Of a DNA stretch of 64,000 nt, positions 33,111-45,440 are shown one piece after another (the stretch's first letter is position 1; every line of letters begins with the position of its first letter). Below the pieces are notes generated by a model. It did no database searches. It was not told the DNA's origin and saw only the letters and a list, made by a program, of their open reading frames with translations. Source of the stretch: an uncultured Candidatus Rokubacteria bacterium (GTDB lineage: Bacteria > Methylomirabilota > Methylomirabilia > Rokubacteriales > CSP1-6); assembly GCA_963754315.1 (NCBI GenBank), contig CAVWFS010000007.1, forward strand, positions 128,001-192,000, given 5' to 3'. The translations under genes and the position numbers were made by a program.

Positions 33111-34113
33111 CCGGGCCTCGGGTTGGCAAATCCTCGCGCGTGGCGGCCCGCCCCAGTAGCGCAGCCAGGGCCTCGGAGGGCGACCAGCCCGCGAAGAGCA
33201 CGGCCCCCACCGCCTCGCAGATTGGCACGCTCGCGCCGGCACGGCGGGCCAGGACCAGTGCTGTGCGGACGGTCGGGACGCCTTCGGCTACCATGCGCGT
33301 GGCCCCTTGCGCCTCGGCCAGCGCACGGCCCCGGGCGATGGCAATCCCGAGCGTCCGGTTGCGCGAGAGGCTGCCCGTGCAGGTCAGGACCAGGTCGCCG
33401 AGCCCGCTGAGCCCTGTCAGAGTAGTCGGGACCGCTCCCAGGGACGCGCCCAGGCGCATGACCTCGGTGAGACCACGCGTGATGAGGGCGGCCCGAGCGT
33501 TCTCACCGAGATCGAGGCCGTCGGCGAGGCCAGTCGCGAGCGCGATCACGTTCTTCATGGCGCCGCCGATTTCCACGCCCACCACGTCACGGTTGGTGTA
33601 GAGCCGAAACTCGCGCGTCCCCCAGGCATCGCGCAATCGCGTGGCCAGGGTCTCGTCGGTTGACGCGAGCACGGCCGCCGTCGGCTGCGCACGGGCGACC
33701 TCCCGCGCGAAGGTCGGCCCAGACAGCACGGCCACCGGCGCCATGGGGAAGCGCTCGGCGATGAGCTCGCTGATGCGGAGGTGGCGCTCGGGATCGAAGC
33801 CCTTGGTGGCGGATACGACGGCAGCCCCTTCCCGTAACGCCGGTACGCTCTTGAGCGTCCTGGCCACGAATTCCGAGGGCACGGCCAGCAGGACCACGTC
33901 GGCGTTCCCCACCGCCTCGTCCAGATCCGCGGTGACGGCGACGCCGCCGGGGACGGCGACGTCCTCCAGATAGAACGGATTGTGGCGGTGAACGGCAATG
34001 GCAGTCGCGATCGAAGGGTCACGAGCCCACAAGCTCACGGCCAGGCCTCGCCGCCCGAGATGGACAGCCAGCGCCGTACCCCAGCTCCCTGCCCCAAGGA
34101 TTGCGACCCTCAC
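33103..34113 (-). CDS. gpsA: NAD(P)H-dependent glycerol-3-phosphate dehydrogenase
   Basis: GAGSWGTALA, LSGPTFA, GGAMKNVIA, GLGDLVLTC..SRN. Confidence 0.95.
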   Translation of the reverse strand: MRVAILGAGSWGTALAVHLGRRGLAVSLWARDPSIATAIAVHRHNPFYLEDVAVPGGVAVTADLDEAVGNADVVLLAVPSEFVARTLKSVPALREGAAVVSATKGFDPERHLRISELIAERFPMAPVAVLSGPTFAREVARAQPTAAVLASTDETLATRLRDAWGTREFRLYTNRDVVGVEIGGAMKNVIALATGLADGLDLGENARAALITRGLTEVMRLGASLGAVPTTLTGLSGLGDLVLTCTGSLSRNRTLGIAIARGRALAEAQGATRMVAEGVPTVRTALVLARRAGASVPICEAVGAVLFAGWSPSEALAALLGRAATREDLPTRGPDA

Positions 34114-34697
34114 GCAGTGCGCTCGCCGAGTCGACGCTCGTTGCCGGAGAGTAAGCGATCGATATTCTCGCGGTGACGGGCGATGACGATGACGGCCACC
34201 AGCACGCTGGCCGCCACCGACGGCCCAGGATACCTGAGCATCAGGGCCCCCAGAGGGACGCACAGAGCGGCCAGGACCGAGGCCAGTGACACGTAGCGAA
34301 AACTCGCGGTGATGACGAGCCACACGACGATCGCGGGCGCCACGGCCATCGGCACCAGCGCGAGCAACGCGCCGAATCCGGTCGCGACCCCCTTGCCCCC
34401 CCGAAAGCTCAGGAAGACAGGCCAGCAATTCCCCACCACCGCCGCCACCGCACAAGGGGCCACCGCGCCGCCGCTGAGGAGTCCGCCGAGCCAGACGGCA
34501 CCCGCGCCCTTGACGATGTCACCGACCAGCGTAAGGGCGGCCGGCCCTCGCCCCAGGGTGCGCAGAACGTTGGTTGCCCCGATGGTCCCGCTGCCGTGGC
34601 CACGAATGTCGCCGAGCCCGAAAACGCGCGCAATGAGAAAGCCGATGGGGATGGCGCCGATCAAGTAAGCGAGGGCGATCCCGAGCGCCTGCCTCAC
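34110..34697 (-). CDS. plsY: Glycerol-3-phosphate acyltransferase PlsY
   Basis: YLIGAIP, GSGTIGATNVLR, FRGGKGVAT, RHRENI.RL..G.E. Confidence 0.95.
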   Translation of the reverse strand: MRQALGIALAYLIGAIPIGFLIARVFGLGDIRGHGSGTIGATNVLRTLGRGPAALTLVGDIVKGAGAVWLGGLLSGGAVAPCAVAAVVGNCWPVFLSFRGGKGVATGFGALLALVPMAVAPAIVVWLVITASFRYVSLASVLAALCVPLGALMLRYPGPSVAASVLVAVIVIARHRENIDRLLSGNERRLGERTA

Positions 34698-35263
34698 GAC
34701 CAGCGCTCTTCCTCAGGCACGATCGCGCGATAGTCGGCCTTTCGGAAGAAGCGGTAGAAGTAGTCCACGGCCGAGACGATCGTGAGCCCGAGGGCCACCC
34801 AGAGAACGGCCATGGTCGCAGTATGGAAGGGCGCGGCCCCGATGCCCTTCTCGAGGATCAACATGGTGACGGCCACGTACTGGCTGACCGTCTTCCACTT
34901 GGCCAGTCTGGAGGCGGGCACGATCACGCCGACTCCGGCTGCCACCGCCCGAAGGCCGGTAACGGCCAGCTCACGACCAATGATGACCACCACGATCCAC
35001 GCCGCGATCTTATCGATCTGGAGGAGCGAGACCAGGGCCGCCGCCACCAGGAGCTTGTCGGCGATGGGATCGAGGAGGGTGCCCAAGGTGGTGACCTGAT
35101 TGCGTCGGCGCGCGATAACACCGTCGAGCCAGTCGGTGATCGACGCCAGGATGAAGATGGCGGCCGCGATCAGCGCGTCGACCCGTGAGGACGAGATGAG
35201 GAACACGATGAGGAGAGGGACGGCCACGATGCGGGTCATCGTGAGCCCAATCGGTAAGTTCAC
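34694..35263 (-). CDS. pgsA: CDP-diacylglycerol--glycerol-3-phosphate 3-phosphatidyltransferase
   Basis: TDWLDG.IAR......G.LLDPIADK CDP-alcohol motif. Confidence 0.93.
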   Translation of the reverse strand: MNLPIGLTMTRIVAVPLLIVFLISSSRVDALIAAAIFILASITDWLDGVIARRRNQVTTLGTLLDPIADKLLVAAALVSLLQIDKIAAWIVVVIIGRELAVTGLRAVAAGVGVIVPASRLAKWKTVSQYVAVTMLILEKGIGAAPFHTATMAVLWVALGLTIVSAVDYFYRFFRKADYRAIVPEEERWS

Positions 35264-35300
35264 GCCCACACTCCCATCCCAGTGAGAACCTACTCGCCCA

Positions 35301-36032
35301 TTATCCTCGGCCGGCGACGATCTCGTCAACGCCGGGATGATAGACGGGGACGAGGGTGGCCGTGTCGAGAGTGAGACAGAGGTCGACATCGGCCCGCCGC
35401 CCCAGACGGATCAGATGCCGAGCCCACGGAGAATCATCGCGCAGACGGCCGACCTCGGCCCCGTAAGGACGGGCGACGGCCGCCGCGACCTGCGCCGTCG
35501 CTGATAGATCCACGGTCGGCATGATGGCGGCCAATCGCTCGACGAGCAATCCGGCACAGACTTGATCTTCCAGGGACAGGTCACCGCGTTCCCCCGCGCA
35601 CACCAGCACAACGGGGCGGCCTTGCTCGCCCACCCACCGGGCGGCGGCGGTCCGATTGATCAAAGCGGCCACCCCGATGGCGGCGGCGCTGCGAGCGGCG
35701 AGAAGGGCGCGGGTTCCGTTGCTGGTGGTGAGCAGTACCGTGCGGCCCTGCAAGCATGCCTCCGCCACTTCCACGGGCGAGTTGCCGAGATCGAACCCCG
35801 GGATCATCTCCCCCCGGCGCTCGCCGGCCAGCAGGGGCTCGCCGCCGTCGAAGCGGCGTGCACGCTGCCGCGCCTCGGCCGGATCGGCCACGGGAATGAG
35901 CGCCCGGCAGCCGCGTGCGAGGGCGGTCACGATCGTGGTGCTGGCCCGCAGCACGTCGATCACGAGGACGGTAGTTCCGACCACCCCATCGGCGGCCACA
36001 CTGTCGGCGGTCAGGACCACATCGACGCGCAC
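35301..36032 (-). CDS. comB: 2-phosphosulfolactate phosphatase-like protein
   Basis: VIDVLRASTT, LAGER, FDLGNSP, TTSNGT, SLED..CAG. Confidence 0.88.
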   Translation of the reverse strand: MRVDVVLTADSVAADGVVGTTVLVIDVLRASTTIVTALARGCRALIPVADPAEARQRARRFDGGEPLLAGERRGEMIPGFDLGNSPVEVAEACLQGRTVLLTTSNGTRALLAARSAAAIGVAALINRTAAARWVGEQGRPVVLVCAGERGDLSLEDQVCAGLLVERLAAIMPTVDLSATAQVAAAVARPYGAEVGRLRDDSPWARHLIRLGRRADVDLCLTLDTATLVPVYHPGVDEIVAGRG

Positions 36033-36049
36033 CGGTCGGTCCGTTCCGG

Positions 36050-37252
36050 TTAGCCGCGGTCGCGCAGAGCGCGAATTCGCAGTCGCAGTGCGTTCAGGTT
36101 GATGAAGCCTTCGGCGTCACGCTGGCGGTAGACGCTGTCGGCTTCGAAGGTGGCGAAGTCGCCTCGATAGAGCGAGCGCGGCGAGCGTCGGCCCACCACG
36201 GTGAGGTTCCCCTTGTAGAGCTTGAGACGCACGGTGCCGGTGACATCGCGCTGGCACTCGTCCAGGAACCCCTGCAGGGCCTGGCGCTCAGGCGAGAACC
36301 AGAAGCCGTAGTAGATCATCTCCGCGTAGCGTGTGACGAGCGAATCGCGGAGGTGAAGCACCTCCCGGTCCAGGGTCAGCGATTCCAGGGCACGGCGGGC
36401 CACGTGCAGGATGGTCCCTCCCGGCGTCTCGTAGACACCCCGCGACTTCATGCCGACAAAGCGGTTCTCCACCAGATCGACCCGTCCGATGCCGTGCTCA
36501 CCCCCCACGCGGTTCAGCCGTTCGAGGAGCGCCACCGGTCCCAGGCCTTGTCCGTCCACCGCGATCGGCGTGCCCGCCTCGAAGTCGATCTCGAGCGGCA
36601 CTGGCACATCGGGTGCGTCTTCCGGCGAGTTGGTGAGCAGGAACATCTTGGGAGGCGGCTCCCGCCACGGGTCCTCCAGGATGCCGCCCTCGTACGAGAT
36701 GTGGAAGAGGTTGCGATCAGTGCTGTAGGGGCGCTCGGCCGTCACCGGCACGCTAATGCCGTGCTGGCGGGCAAACTCCAGGAGAGCCGAGCGGGAGGTG
36801 AGCTCCCACTCGCGCCAGGGGGCAATGACTCGCAGCTCGGGAGCCAGGGCCGCGTAGGTCAGCTCGAAGCGGACCTGATCGTTGCCCTTGCCGGTAGCGC
36901 CGTGAGCCACCGCGTCGGCGCCCTGCGCCCGCGCGATGTCCACCTGGGCTCGGGCGATCAGCGGTCGCGCGATGGACGTTCCCAGCAGGTAGCTTCCCTC
37001 GTACACGGCGTTGGCCCGCAGCATGGGAAAGACGAAGTCCCGGACGAATTCCTCGCGCAGGTCCACGATGTGTACGCTGGAGGCTCCCGTGGCGAGGGCC
37101 TTGTCGCGGATAGGGATCAGTTCCTCGCCCTGCCCGAGGTCGGCGCAGAAGGCCACCACTTCGCATCGGTAGCGCTCGATCAGCCAGCGGAGGATGACCG
37201 AAGTGTCCAGCCCGCCGGAATACGCGAGAACGACCTTCTTGGGGTCAGACAT
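36050..37252 (-). CDS. argG: Argininosuccinate synthase
   Basis: [40 protein letters not shown]. Confidence 0.97.
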   Translation of the reverse strand: MSDPKKVVLAYSGGLDTSVILRWLIERYRCEVVAFCADLGQGEELIPIRDKALATGASSVHIVDLREEFVRDFVFPMLRANAVYEGSYLLGTSIARPLIARAQVDIARAQGADAVAHGATGKGNDQVRFELTYAALAPELRVIAPWREWELTSRSALLEFARQHGISVPVTAERPYSTDRNLFHISYEGGILEDPWREPPPKMFLLTNSPEDAPDVPVPLEIDFEAGTPIAVDGQGLGPVALLERLNRVGGEHGIGRVDLVENRFVGMKSRGVYETPGGTILHVARRALESLTLDREVLHLRDSLVTRYAEMIYYGFWFSPERQALQGFLDECQRDVTGTVRLKLYKGNLTVVGRRSPRSLYRGDFATFEADSVYRQRDAEGFINLNALRLRIRALRDRG

Positions 37253-38168
37253 CGCCGAGGGAGCCTCCCAGCAGATCGAGCAGGACTGCTTTCTGGGCGT
37301 GCAGCCGGTTCTCGGCCTGATCGAGCACGATGCTGCGTGGCCCGTCCAACACCGTATCCGTGATCTCCTCGCCGCGGTGGGCAGGCAGACAGTGCATCAC
37401 GAGCGCGGAGGACTTCGCGGCGGCCACCAGTGGGTCGCTGAGCTGGTAGCGGCTGAACGCTTCCAGACGCTGCTCGCGCTCCGCCTCTTGCCCCATGCTG
37501 ATCCACACGTCGGTGTAGAGCACGTCGGCGTCCCGGGCCGCCTCCATGGGATCGCGGGTGACCACGATGGTGCCCCCGCTTCGCCCTGCCCGGCGCCGGA
37601 TGCCCGGGTCGGGATCGTGGCCCTCCGGGCAGGAAATGATCATGGTGCAGCCGAGCAGTCCGGCCAGCAGCATGAGGGAATGGCACACGTTGTTTCCGTC
37701 CCCGATCCACGCCAAGCGTGTGGTGGCGAAGTCGACGCCCCGCTCCCAGAGCGTGAAGAAGTCGGCCACCGCTTGGCACGGATGCTCCAGATCCGAGAGC
37801 CCGTTGATGACGGGGATGCTGGCGTGGCGGGCCAGGCCCTCCACGGTGGCGTGGCTATAGACACGGGCCACGATGCCGTCCACCCAGCGCGAGAGGTTTC
37901 GAGCGACGTCCGGAACCGACTCTCGCGAGCCCATGCCGATCTCGCCGCTCGACAGATAGACGCCCCTCCCACCGAGCTGAATGAGACCGACCTCGAAGGT
38001 GACCCGCGTGCGGAGTGATGGTTTCTCGAAGATCAGGGCGAGCGTCCGGCCCGCAAGGGCCGAGGAGTGCCGTCCCGCCTTGAGCTGCTGCTTCAGCTCC
38101 GCTGCCACCCGGAACAAACGCAACACGTCGTCGCACGTGAGGTCGCCCGCGGAGAGGAAGTGCTTCAT
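37245..38168 (-). CDS. argF: Ornithine carbamoyltransferase
   Basis: [29 protein letters not shown]. Confidence 0.96.
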   Translation of the reverse strand: MKHFLSAGDLTCDDVLRLFRVAAELKQQLKAGRHSSALAGRTLALIFEKPSLRTRVTFEVGLIQLGGRGVYLSSGEIGMGSRESVPDVARNLSRWVDGIVARVYSHATVEGLARHASIPVINGLSDLEHPCQAVADFFTLWERGVDFATTRLAWIGDGNNVCHSLMLLAGLLGCTMIISCPEGHDPDPGIRRRAGRSGGTIVVTRDPMEAARDADVLYTDVWISMGQEAEREQRLEAFSRYQLSDPLVAAAKSSALVMHCLPAHRGEEITDTVLDGPRSIVLDQAENRLHAQKAVLLDLLGGSLGDV

Positions 38169-39361
38169 GCCCTTGTCGGAGCCAGTGCGTTTTCGAGGAT
38201 AGCGAGCGCGCGATCGCACTCCGCCTCACCCACGACCAGCGCCGGCGCCAGGCGGAGGACGCGTTCACCGGCGGTGAGGACGAGCAGGCCCGCGTCGCGG
38301 CAGGCGTCCACCAGGGGTGCCGCGATGCGGTCCAGCTCAATGCCGATCAGGAGTCCGCGGCCGCGTACCTCGCGAATGGCGGGAAAGCGCTCCTGCAATC
38401 GGCTCAGACTCTGCATGAGGTGTCGACCCATGCGCGCGGCTCGCTCCGGGATCTTCTCCTCGATCACGGTGGCCAGGGTGGCAAGCGCCACCGAGCTGAC
38501 GAATGGGGTGCCGCCGAAGGTCGAACCGTGCGTGCCCGGCGTGAGGACGCTTGCCACGTCCTCGCGCGCGAGCATGGCGCCGATCGGCACGCCGTTGGCC
38601 AGAGCCTTGGCGACGGTCATGATGTCCGGCTCCACTCCGGCGTGCTCGTAAGCCCACAATCGGCCCGTGCGCCCCATGCCGGTCTGGATCTCGTCGAGGA
38701 TGAGCAAGGCTCCGACCTCGTCACAGAGCTTCCGCAGCCCGGGCAGATAGTCGTCGCGAGGGACATTGACACCGCCCTCGCCCTGGATCGGCTCGACAAG
38801 GATGGCGGCCGTGCGGCTGTCCATGGCTCGCTCCATCGCCCGAAGGTCATCGTAAGGGACATGCTTGAAGCCGGGCAGCATCGGCTCGAACCCGTGCTGG
38901 TACTTTTCCTGCCCGGTCGCGCTCACGGTGGCCAAGGTCCGTCCGTGAAAGGAATTGCGGGTGGCGATGATCTCGAACCGGTCGGAGGCCAGACGGTCCT
39001 TGGCATACTTGCGCGCCAGCTTGATGGCCGCTTCATTCGCCTCCGCTCCCGAGTTGCCGAAGAACACACGGTCGGCGAAGGAATGCTCGCACAGGAGCTT
39101 GGCGAGGTGGGCCTGGGGTGCCGTGAAGAAGATGTTCGAGACGTGGAGCAAGGTTGCGGCTGCTTCCTGGATGGCGCCAGTCACGCGCGGGTGGCAATGC
39201 CCGAGTGAGGTCACAGCCAGGCCCGAGGTGAAATCGAGGTACTCACGGCCATCGCTGTCCCATACGCGCAGACCATCGCCTCGCACGAGACAGATGGGGG
39301 TTCGCCCGTAGTTTGGCGTGTGGTACTTCCCGGACCACTCCATCAACGTCTTGGTGTCCAT
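38165..39361 (-). CDS. argD: Acetylornithine aminotransferase
   Basis: NSGAEANE, FHGRT, EPIQGEGG, DEIQTGMGRTG, HGSTFGG; located in an arg operon. Confidence 0.93.
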   Translation of the reverse strand: MDTKTLMEWSGKYHTPNYGRTPICLVRGDGLRVWDSDGREYLDFTSGLAVTSLGHCHPRVTGAIQEAAATLLHVSNIFFTAPQAHLAKLLCEHSFADRVFFGNSGAEANEAAIKLARKYAKDRLASDRFEIIATRNSFHGRTLATVSATGQEKYQHGFEPMLPGFKHVPYDDLRAMERAMDSRTAAILVEPIQGEGGVNVPRDDYLPGLRKLCDEVGALLILDEIQTGMGRTGRLWAYEHAGVEPDIMTVAKALANGVPIGAMLAREDVASVLTPGTHGSTFGGTPFVSSVALATLATVIEEKIPERAARMGRHLMQSLSRLQERFPAIREVRGRGLLIGIELDRIAAPLVDACRDAGLLVLTAGERVLRLAPALVVGEAECDRALAILENALAPTRA

Positions 39362-39379
39362 CGTCTGCCTCCTATCAAA

Positions 39380-39476
39380 GTCGGGGGGAGCGCCCGCCGC
39401 TCCTCCCCGACACCCCCCACCGGTTTCGATCGCAACGTCGGGGGAGCGCCCGCCGCTCCTTCCCGACCCCCACCGG
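39380..39476. repeat. Tandem pair of GC-rich hairpin repeats between argB and argD
   Basis: GTCGGGGG(G)AGCGCCCGCCGCTCCT(C/T)CCCGAC..CCCCACCGG at 39380-39423 and 39437-39476. Confidence 0.85.
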
Positions 39477-39485
39477 CCTCAGACG

Positions 39486-40354
39486 TCAGAGCACGATCTC
39501 GGTGCCCACGCCCTCGCGGGTGAACAGTTCGAGAAGGATCGCGTGCGGCACGCGACCGTCGATGATGTGGGCCTTGCCGGTGCCGCGTTCGAGGGCCCGG
39601 AGCGCCGACTCCACCTTGGGGAGCATACCGCCGTCGATGACCCCGTCCTGGATCAACCTTTCGACGTCCTTGCGGGACAGCGTGGAGGCGAGACGCCCCG
39701 CCACCAGAATGCCCTGCACGTCGGTGAGGTGAATCAGCTTCTCCGCGCCGAGCGCGGCCGCCATGTCACCGGCCACCAGGTCCGCGTTGATGTTGTATGT
39801 CTCGCCCGTGATCCCCACCCCCACGGGCGCGATGACGGGGATGAACCCGTGCTCTTCCAGTAGTCGGATGGGCTCGGTATTGATCGCCTCGACCTCACCG
39901 ACCAGCCCGATGTCGACCTCCTCGCCGCTCGGAAGCCGGTGCAGGCGTCGGCGCGCCACGATGAGACGGGAGTCCTTGCCGGACAGTCCGACCGCGTTCC
40001 CGCCGTGCAGGTTGATCAGCCCCACGATCTCCTTGTTGATCTTCCCCCCCAGCACCATCTCCACGATCTCCATCGTTTCCTCGTCGGTGACGCGCATGCC
40101 CCCCACGAAGCGCGGTTCCTTTCCCAGCCGCTTCATGAGGGCGCCGATCTGGGGCCCACCGCCGTGCACGATAACAGGGTTGACGCCCACCAGCCGGAGC
40201 AGGATGACGTCGAGGGCGAACGACTCCTTGAGGTCGGCCTGTTCCATGGCCGCGCCCCCATATTTGATGACCACCGTCTTGCCGCGAAATTCCCGGATGT
40301 ACGGGAGCGCCTCCAGGAGCACCTCGGCCCGGCGGACGTTGTTGGGATCGACCG

Positions 40355-40358
<4 letters not shown>
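39486..40358 (-). CDS. argB: Acetylglutamate kinase
   Basis: [35 protein letters not shown]. Confidence 0.96.
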
Positions 40359-41701
<1,343 letters not shown>

Positions 41702-41714
41702 GGGGTTGCTGCTC

Positions 41715-42254
41715 TCACAGGGCCTCCACGGTGATCTGATCGTTGGTGTAGATGCAGATGCTGGCGGCGACCCGCATGGCCTCGGTGACGATGGTTTTAG
41801 CATCGAGATCCGAATGGGTCACCAGAGCCCGGGCGGCGGCCAGAGCGTAGGGGCCGCCAGAGCCGATCCCGATGAGGCCGTCGTCGGGCTCGATCACGTC
41901 GCCCGTCCCGGAGACGATGAACGATTGGTCGCGGTCAGACACGGCCAACATAGCCTCCAGCCGTCGCAACACACGGTCTGACCGCCAATCCTTGGCGAGC
42001 TCCACCGCAGCTCGCGCGAGGTTGCCGCGATGCTCGTCGAGCTTGGCCTCGAAGCGGGCGAAGAGGGTGAAGGCGTCGGCAGCGGCGCCAGCGAATCCGG
42101 CCACGACCCGGTCGTGATAGAGCTTGCGCACTTTGCGCGCTCCCGCCTTGACCACTGTCTGGCCGATGGTCACCTGCCCGTCGGCCCCCAGCGCCACCTG
42201 ACCGCGATGGCGGACGGAAAGTACGGTGGTGGCGTGCGCGCGCGCCCGCATCAC
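41715..42254 (-). CDS. hslV: HslV protease subunit
   Basis: HATTVL..DGQVT, GFAG..ADAF, GSGG.YA, ICIYTN. Confidence 0.96.
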   Translation of the reverse strand: MMRARAHATTVLSVRHRGQVALGADGQVTIGQTVVKAGARKVRKLYHDRVVAGFAGAAADAFTLFARFEAKLDEHRGNLARAAVELAKDWRSDRVLRRLEAMLAVSDRDQSFIVSGTGDVIEPDDGLIGIGSGGPYALAAARALVTHSDLDAKTIVTEAMRVAASICIYTNDQITVEAL

Positions 42255-43156
42255 CGCGCGGGGACCGACGAGGCTCTCCCCGCGATCCGGGCGCGCGGAT
42301 GAGCCCCATCGTAGGTGCGCATGATCTGGGCTGAGCTGACGTGCGTGTAGCGCTGGGTGGTCGAGAGCCGGCTGTGCCCGAGCAGGTCCTGGACCATCCG
42401 AAGATCGGCGCCGCCGTCAAGGAGGTGCGTGGCGAAGGTGTGACGCAGGGTATGCGGGCTGACCCGGCGAGCGATCCCCGCCGCCCGTGCCGCCCGCTTC
42501 ACGATATTTTGGACGCTGCGCGAGCTCAAACGCCCGCCGCGGACATTCACGAAGAGCGGACCCCGCGGTGTCGGGCGGCTCGCCAGATACACCTCCAGTG
42601 CACGGGCCGCGGCCTGGCCGAAGGGCACCACCCGCTCCTTGCTCCCCTTCCCGAGCACGCGCACGGTCATGGTCTCACCATCGATGGCGTCGACATCGAG
42701 CCCAACGAGCTCCGAGACCCGCAGGCCGCTCGCATACAGTAGCTCCACGATGGCCACGTCGCGTACCCGCGCCGTGCCATGGAGCTGGCGGGCCTCCACC
42801 ATGGGCATGGCCTCATCGATGGGCAGGAACGTCGCCAGCTTGCGGGGTAGTCGCGGATTGCGGACATCGCGCGCGACGTTGCGCTCGACCACTCCGCGGC
42901 GCACGAGGAAGCGAAACCAGCTCCGCAGGGCCGACAGATGCCGGGCCGCCGACACCGGATCGCAGCCCGCCTGATGCAGGTGGGCGAGGTAGGCACGGAT
43001 CACGCGCGTGTCCACCGCGTCCACCTCTGTATAGCCCGCCGCCGCGCTGAAATCGCAGAAGCGCTCCAGGTCTGTCCGGTACGCACGTACGGTGTGACGC
43101 GAGGCGTTGCGTTCCACGGACAGATACCGCAGGAAGCGCGCCAGCACGGCCTTCAT
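42251..43156 (-). CDS. xerC: Tyrosine recombinase XerC
   Basis: [33 protein letters not shown]...TTQRY; conserved topA-xerC-hslVU context. Confidence 0.9.
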   Translation of the reverse strand: MKAVLARFLRYLSVERNASRHTVRAYRTDLERFCDFSAAAGYTEVDAVDTRVIRAYLAHLHQAGCDPVSAARHLSALRSWFRFLVRRGVVERNVARDVRNPRLPRKLATFLPIDEAMPMVEARQLHGTARVRDVAIVELLYASGLRVSELVGLDVDAIDGETMTVRVLGKGSKERVVPFGQAAARALEVYLASRPTPRGPLFVNVRGGRLSSRSVQNIVKRAARAAGIARRVSPHTLRHTFATHLLDGGADLRMVQDLLGHSRLSTTQRYTHVSSAQIMRTYDGAHPRARIAGRASSVPAR

Positions 43157-45420
43157 GCGACCGGTGAGTCGACCTCTCGCTCGAAGTCGCATCCCTCGCG
43201 CACGCAGCGGCGGACGACTCGGCCACGCACCGGCCGCTCCGTGAGGAATGTCGCGCCGCACTTCGGGCACGCCTCGGTCACCGGCCGTTCCCAGATCGCG
43301 AACGTGCAGCCGGGATAGGCCGAGCAGCCGTAGAAGACTCGCCCCCGCTTGGTCCGGCGCGCTACCAGCTGCCCGCCGCACCCCGCCTGGGGACACGCGA
43401 TGCCAAGAGTCACCGGCTTCGTGGTCTTGCACTCGGGGTAGCCCGAGCAAGCCATGAACCTACCGTAGCGCCCCTCCTTGATGACCATGGGCTTGCCGCA
43501 CGTCGGGCAGATCTCGTCGGTGGGCTCTTCCAGGGCCCGTTCCTTGCCGCTGAGGTCGCGCGTGTAACGACACTCGGGATAGGCCGAGCACGCCAGGAAC
43601 TTTCCGAAACGGCCGCGCCGCTCCAGAAGGGGCTGCCCGCATTCGGGGCACGCTTCACCCGTCTCGGTGCCGACCTTGACGTTAGGCATCTCCTTCTCGG
43701 CACGCCGCAGGTCGGGTTCGAAGCGCGCGTAGAACTCCTTGATCGTGTCGACCCATGGACGGTCACCTTCCTCGATCCGGTCGAGGGAGTCCTCCATCTG
43801 GGCGGTGAACTCCACGTCCATGATTTCAGGGAAGAACGGCTTGAGGAGGTCGGTGACCTCCATCCCGAGCTCGGTGGGAAAGAGGGTGCGTCGCTCACGC
43901 CGCACGTAGCCGCGGTCGTTGATGATCGTGCCGAGAATGGAGGCGTAGGTGGAGGGCCTCCCGACCCCTAGCTCCTCCAGCGCCTTGACCAACGAGGCCT
44001 CTGTGTAGCGTGGAGGCGGCTGTGTGAAGTGCTGCTTGGGTTCGAGGCCGAGTGATTCGAGGACCTCGCCTTCGACGAGGGGCGGAATCGCGGCCTCCAA
44101 GTCAGCGTCCACCGGAGCCTCATCCTCGTCGCTCTCCACGTAGACGGCCATGAAACCCTTGAACTTGACGGTCTGGCCTTGCGCGCGAAAGAGAGCGATG
44201 GGGTCGGAGGTGGCATCGCCTCCCGTCGCCACGATATCGGCGGCCACCGTATCGTAGATGGCCGGCTGCATCTGGCTCGCCGTGAAGCGCTCCCAGATGA
44301 GTCGGTAGAGGGCGAGCTGGTCCTTGGTGAGGTGACGGGCCAGACGTCGCGGATCCCGCGCGACGTCTGCTGGACGGATGGCTTCGTGCGCCTCCTGGGC
44401 GCGCCCCCGAGAGCGGTAAGCGGGCGGGCTGTCAGGCAGATACTCCCCTCCGAAGCGCTTGGAGATCACCCCGCGCGCTTCCTCCTGCGCTTCCCGCGCA
44501 ACCTGCACGGAGTCGGTTCGCATATAGGTGATCAGTCCGACCGGCCCCTCACCGGCGACGTCGATACCCTCGTAGAGCTGCTGGGCGATGGTCATCGTCT
44601 TCTTCGCCCAGAAGCCGAGCTTGCGACCAGCTTCCTGCTGCAGGGTCGAGGTGATGAACGGTGGGGCCGGGAAGCGCCGCCGCTCCCCGCGGGTCACCGT
44701 GCGCACCACATAGCGCGCGCCTTCCAGGCGCGCCATCACGGAGCGTGTCGTCGCCTCGTCGGGCAGCGACGCCTTTTCCTCCCCGATCTCTTTGAGGGTG
44801 GCGACGAACTCTGGGGGCCGTTCGGCCCGCAGGCGTACATGGAGCGACCAGTATTCCTCGGGGCGGAAGGCCTCGATCTGGCGCTCGCGGTCTACGATCA
44901 GGCCCACCGCCACCGACTGCACCCGTCCAGCAGAGAGCCCCCGCTGAACCTTCTCCCAGAGCAGCGGCGAGAGGTTGTAGCCCACCAGGCGATCGAGCAC
45001 GCGCCGCGCCTGCTGAGCGTCGACCTTCTTGAGATCGATCTTGCCAGGATGCTGAAACGCGGCCTTGACGGCCCGCTCCGTGATCTCGTTGAAGGTGATG
45101 CGGAACACGTTCTTCTTCGCAAAGGGAAGCTCCTGGGCCAGATGCCAGCCGATGGCCTCTCCCTCGCGGTCTGGATCGGTGGCGACGTAGAGGGTGTCGG
45201 CCTTCTCCGCCACCTTCTTCAGCTCGTCCAGCACCTTCTTCTTGGTGGGCGAGATCACGTACTTGGGCTTGAAGCGCTTTTTGGGATCCACGCCGAGCTG
45301 GGACTTGGGCAGATCACGGACGTGACCCATCGAGGCCTTCACGACGTACTTCGAATCCAGATACTTCTGGATTGTCTTGACCTTTGTCGGCGACTCTACG
45401 ACGACCAGGGACCGCTTCAA
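43153..45420 (-). CDS. topA: DNA topoisomerase I
   Basis: VVESPTK, ATDPDREGEAI, SAGRVQS, ITYMRTDS, C-terminal Zn ribbons; TTG start after AAGGAGAGG (alternative GTG at 45441). Confidence 0.96.
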   Translation of the reverse strand: MKRSLVVVESPTKVKTIQKYLDSKYVVKASMGHVRDLPKSQLGVDPKKRFKPKYVISPTKKKVLDELKKVAEKADTLYVATDPDREGEAIGWHLAQELPFAKKNVFRITFNEITERAVKAAFQHPGKIDLKKVDAQQARRVLDRLVGYNLSPLLWEKVQRGLSAGRVQSVAVGLIVDRERQIEAFRPEEYWSLHVRLRAERPPEFVATLKEIGEEKASLPDEATTRSVMARLEGARYVVRTVTRGERRRFPAPPFITSTLQQEAGRKLGFWAKKTMTIAQQLYEGIDVAGEGPVGLITYMRTDSVQVAREAQEEARGVISKRFGGEYLPDSPPAYRSRGRAQEAHEAIRPADVARDPRRLARHLTKDQLALYRLIWERFTASQMQPAIYDTVAADIVATGGDATSDPIALFRAQGQTVKFKGFMAVYVESDEDEAPVDADLEAAIPPLVEGEVLESLGLEPKQHFTQPPPRYTEASLVKALEELGVGRPSTYASILGTIINDRGYVRRERRTLFPTELGMEVTDLLKPFFPEIMDVEFTAQMEDSLDRIEEGDRPWVDTIKEFYARFEPDLRRAEKEMPNVKVGTETGEACPECGQPLLERRGRFGKFLACSAYPECRYTRDLSGKERALEEPTDEICPTCGKPMVIKEGRYGRFMACSGYPECKTTKPVTLGIACPQAGCGGQLVARRTKRGRVFYGCSAYPGCTFAIWERPVTEACPKCGATFLTERPVRGRVVRRCVREGCDFEREVDSPVA

Positions 45421-45440
45421 TCCTGACCTCTCCTTGCTCA

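Noticed and set aside
35301..36032. comB as evidence for coenzyme M biosynthesis
   Set aside because: ComB-like phosphatases are widespread in bacteria and no comA/C/D/E are present here.
42251..43156. Tyrosine recombinase as a prophage/island integrase
   Set aside because: It sits in the conserved dprA-topA-xerC-hslVU housekeeping context, with no att sites or phage genes nearby.
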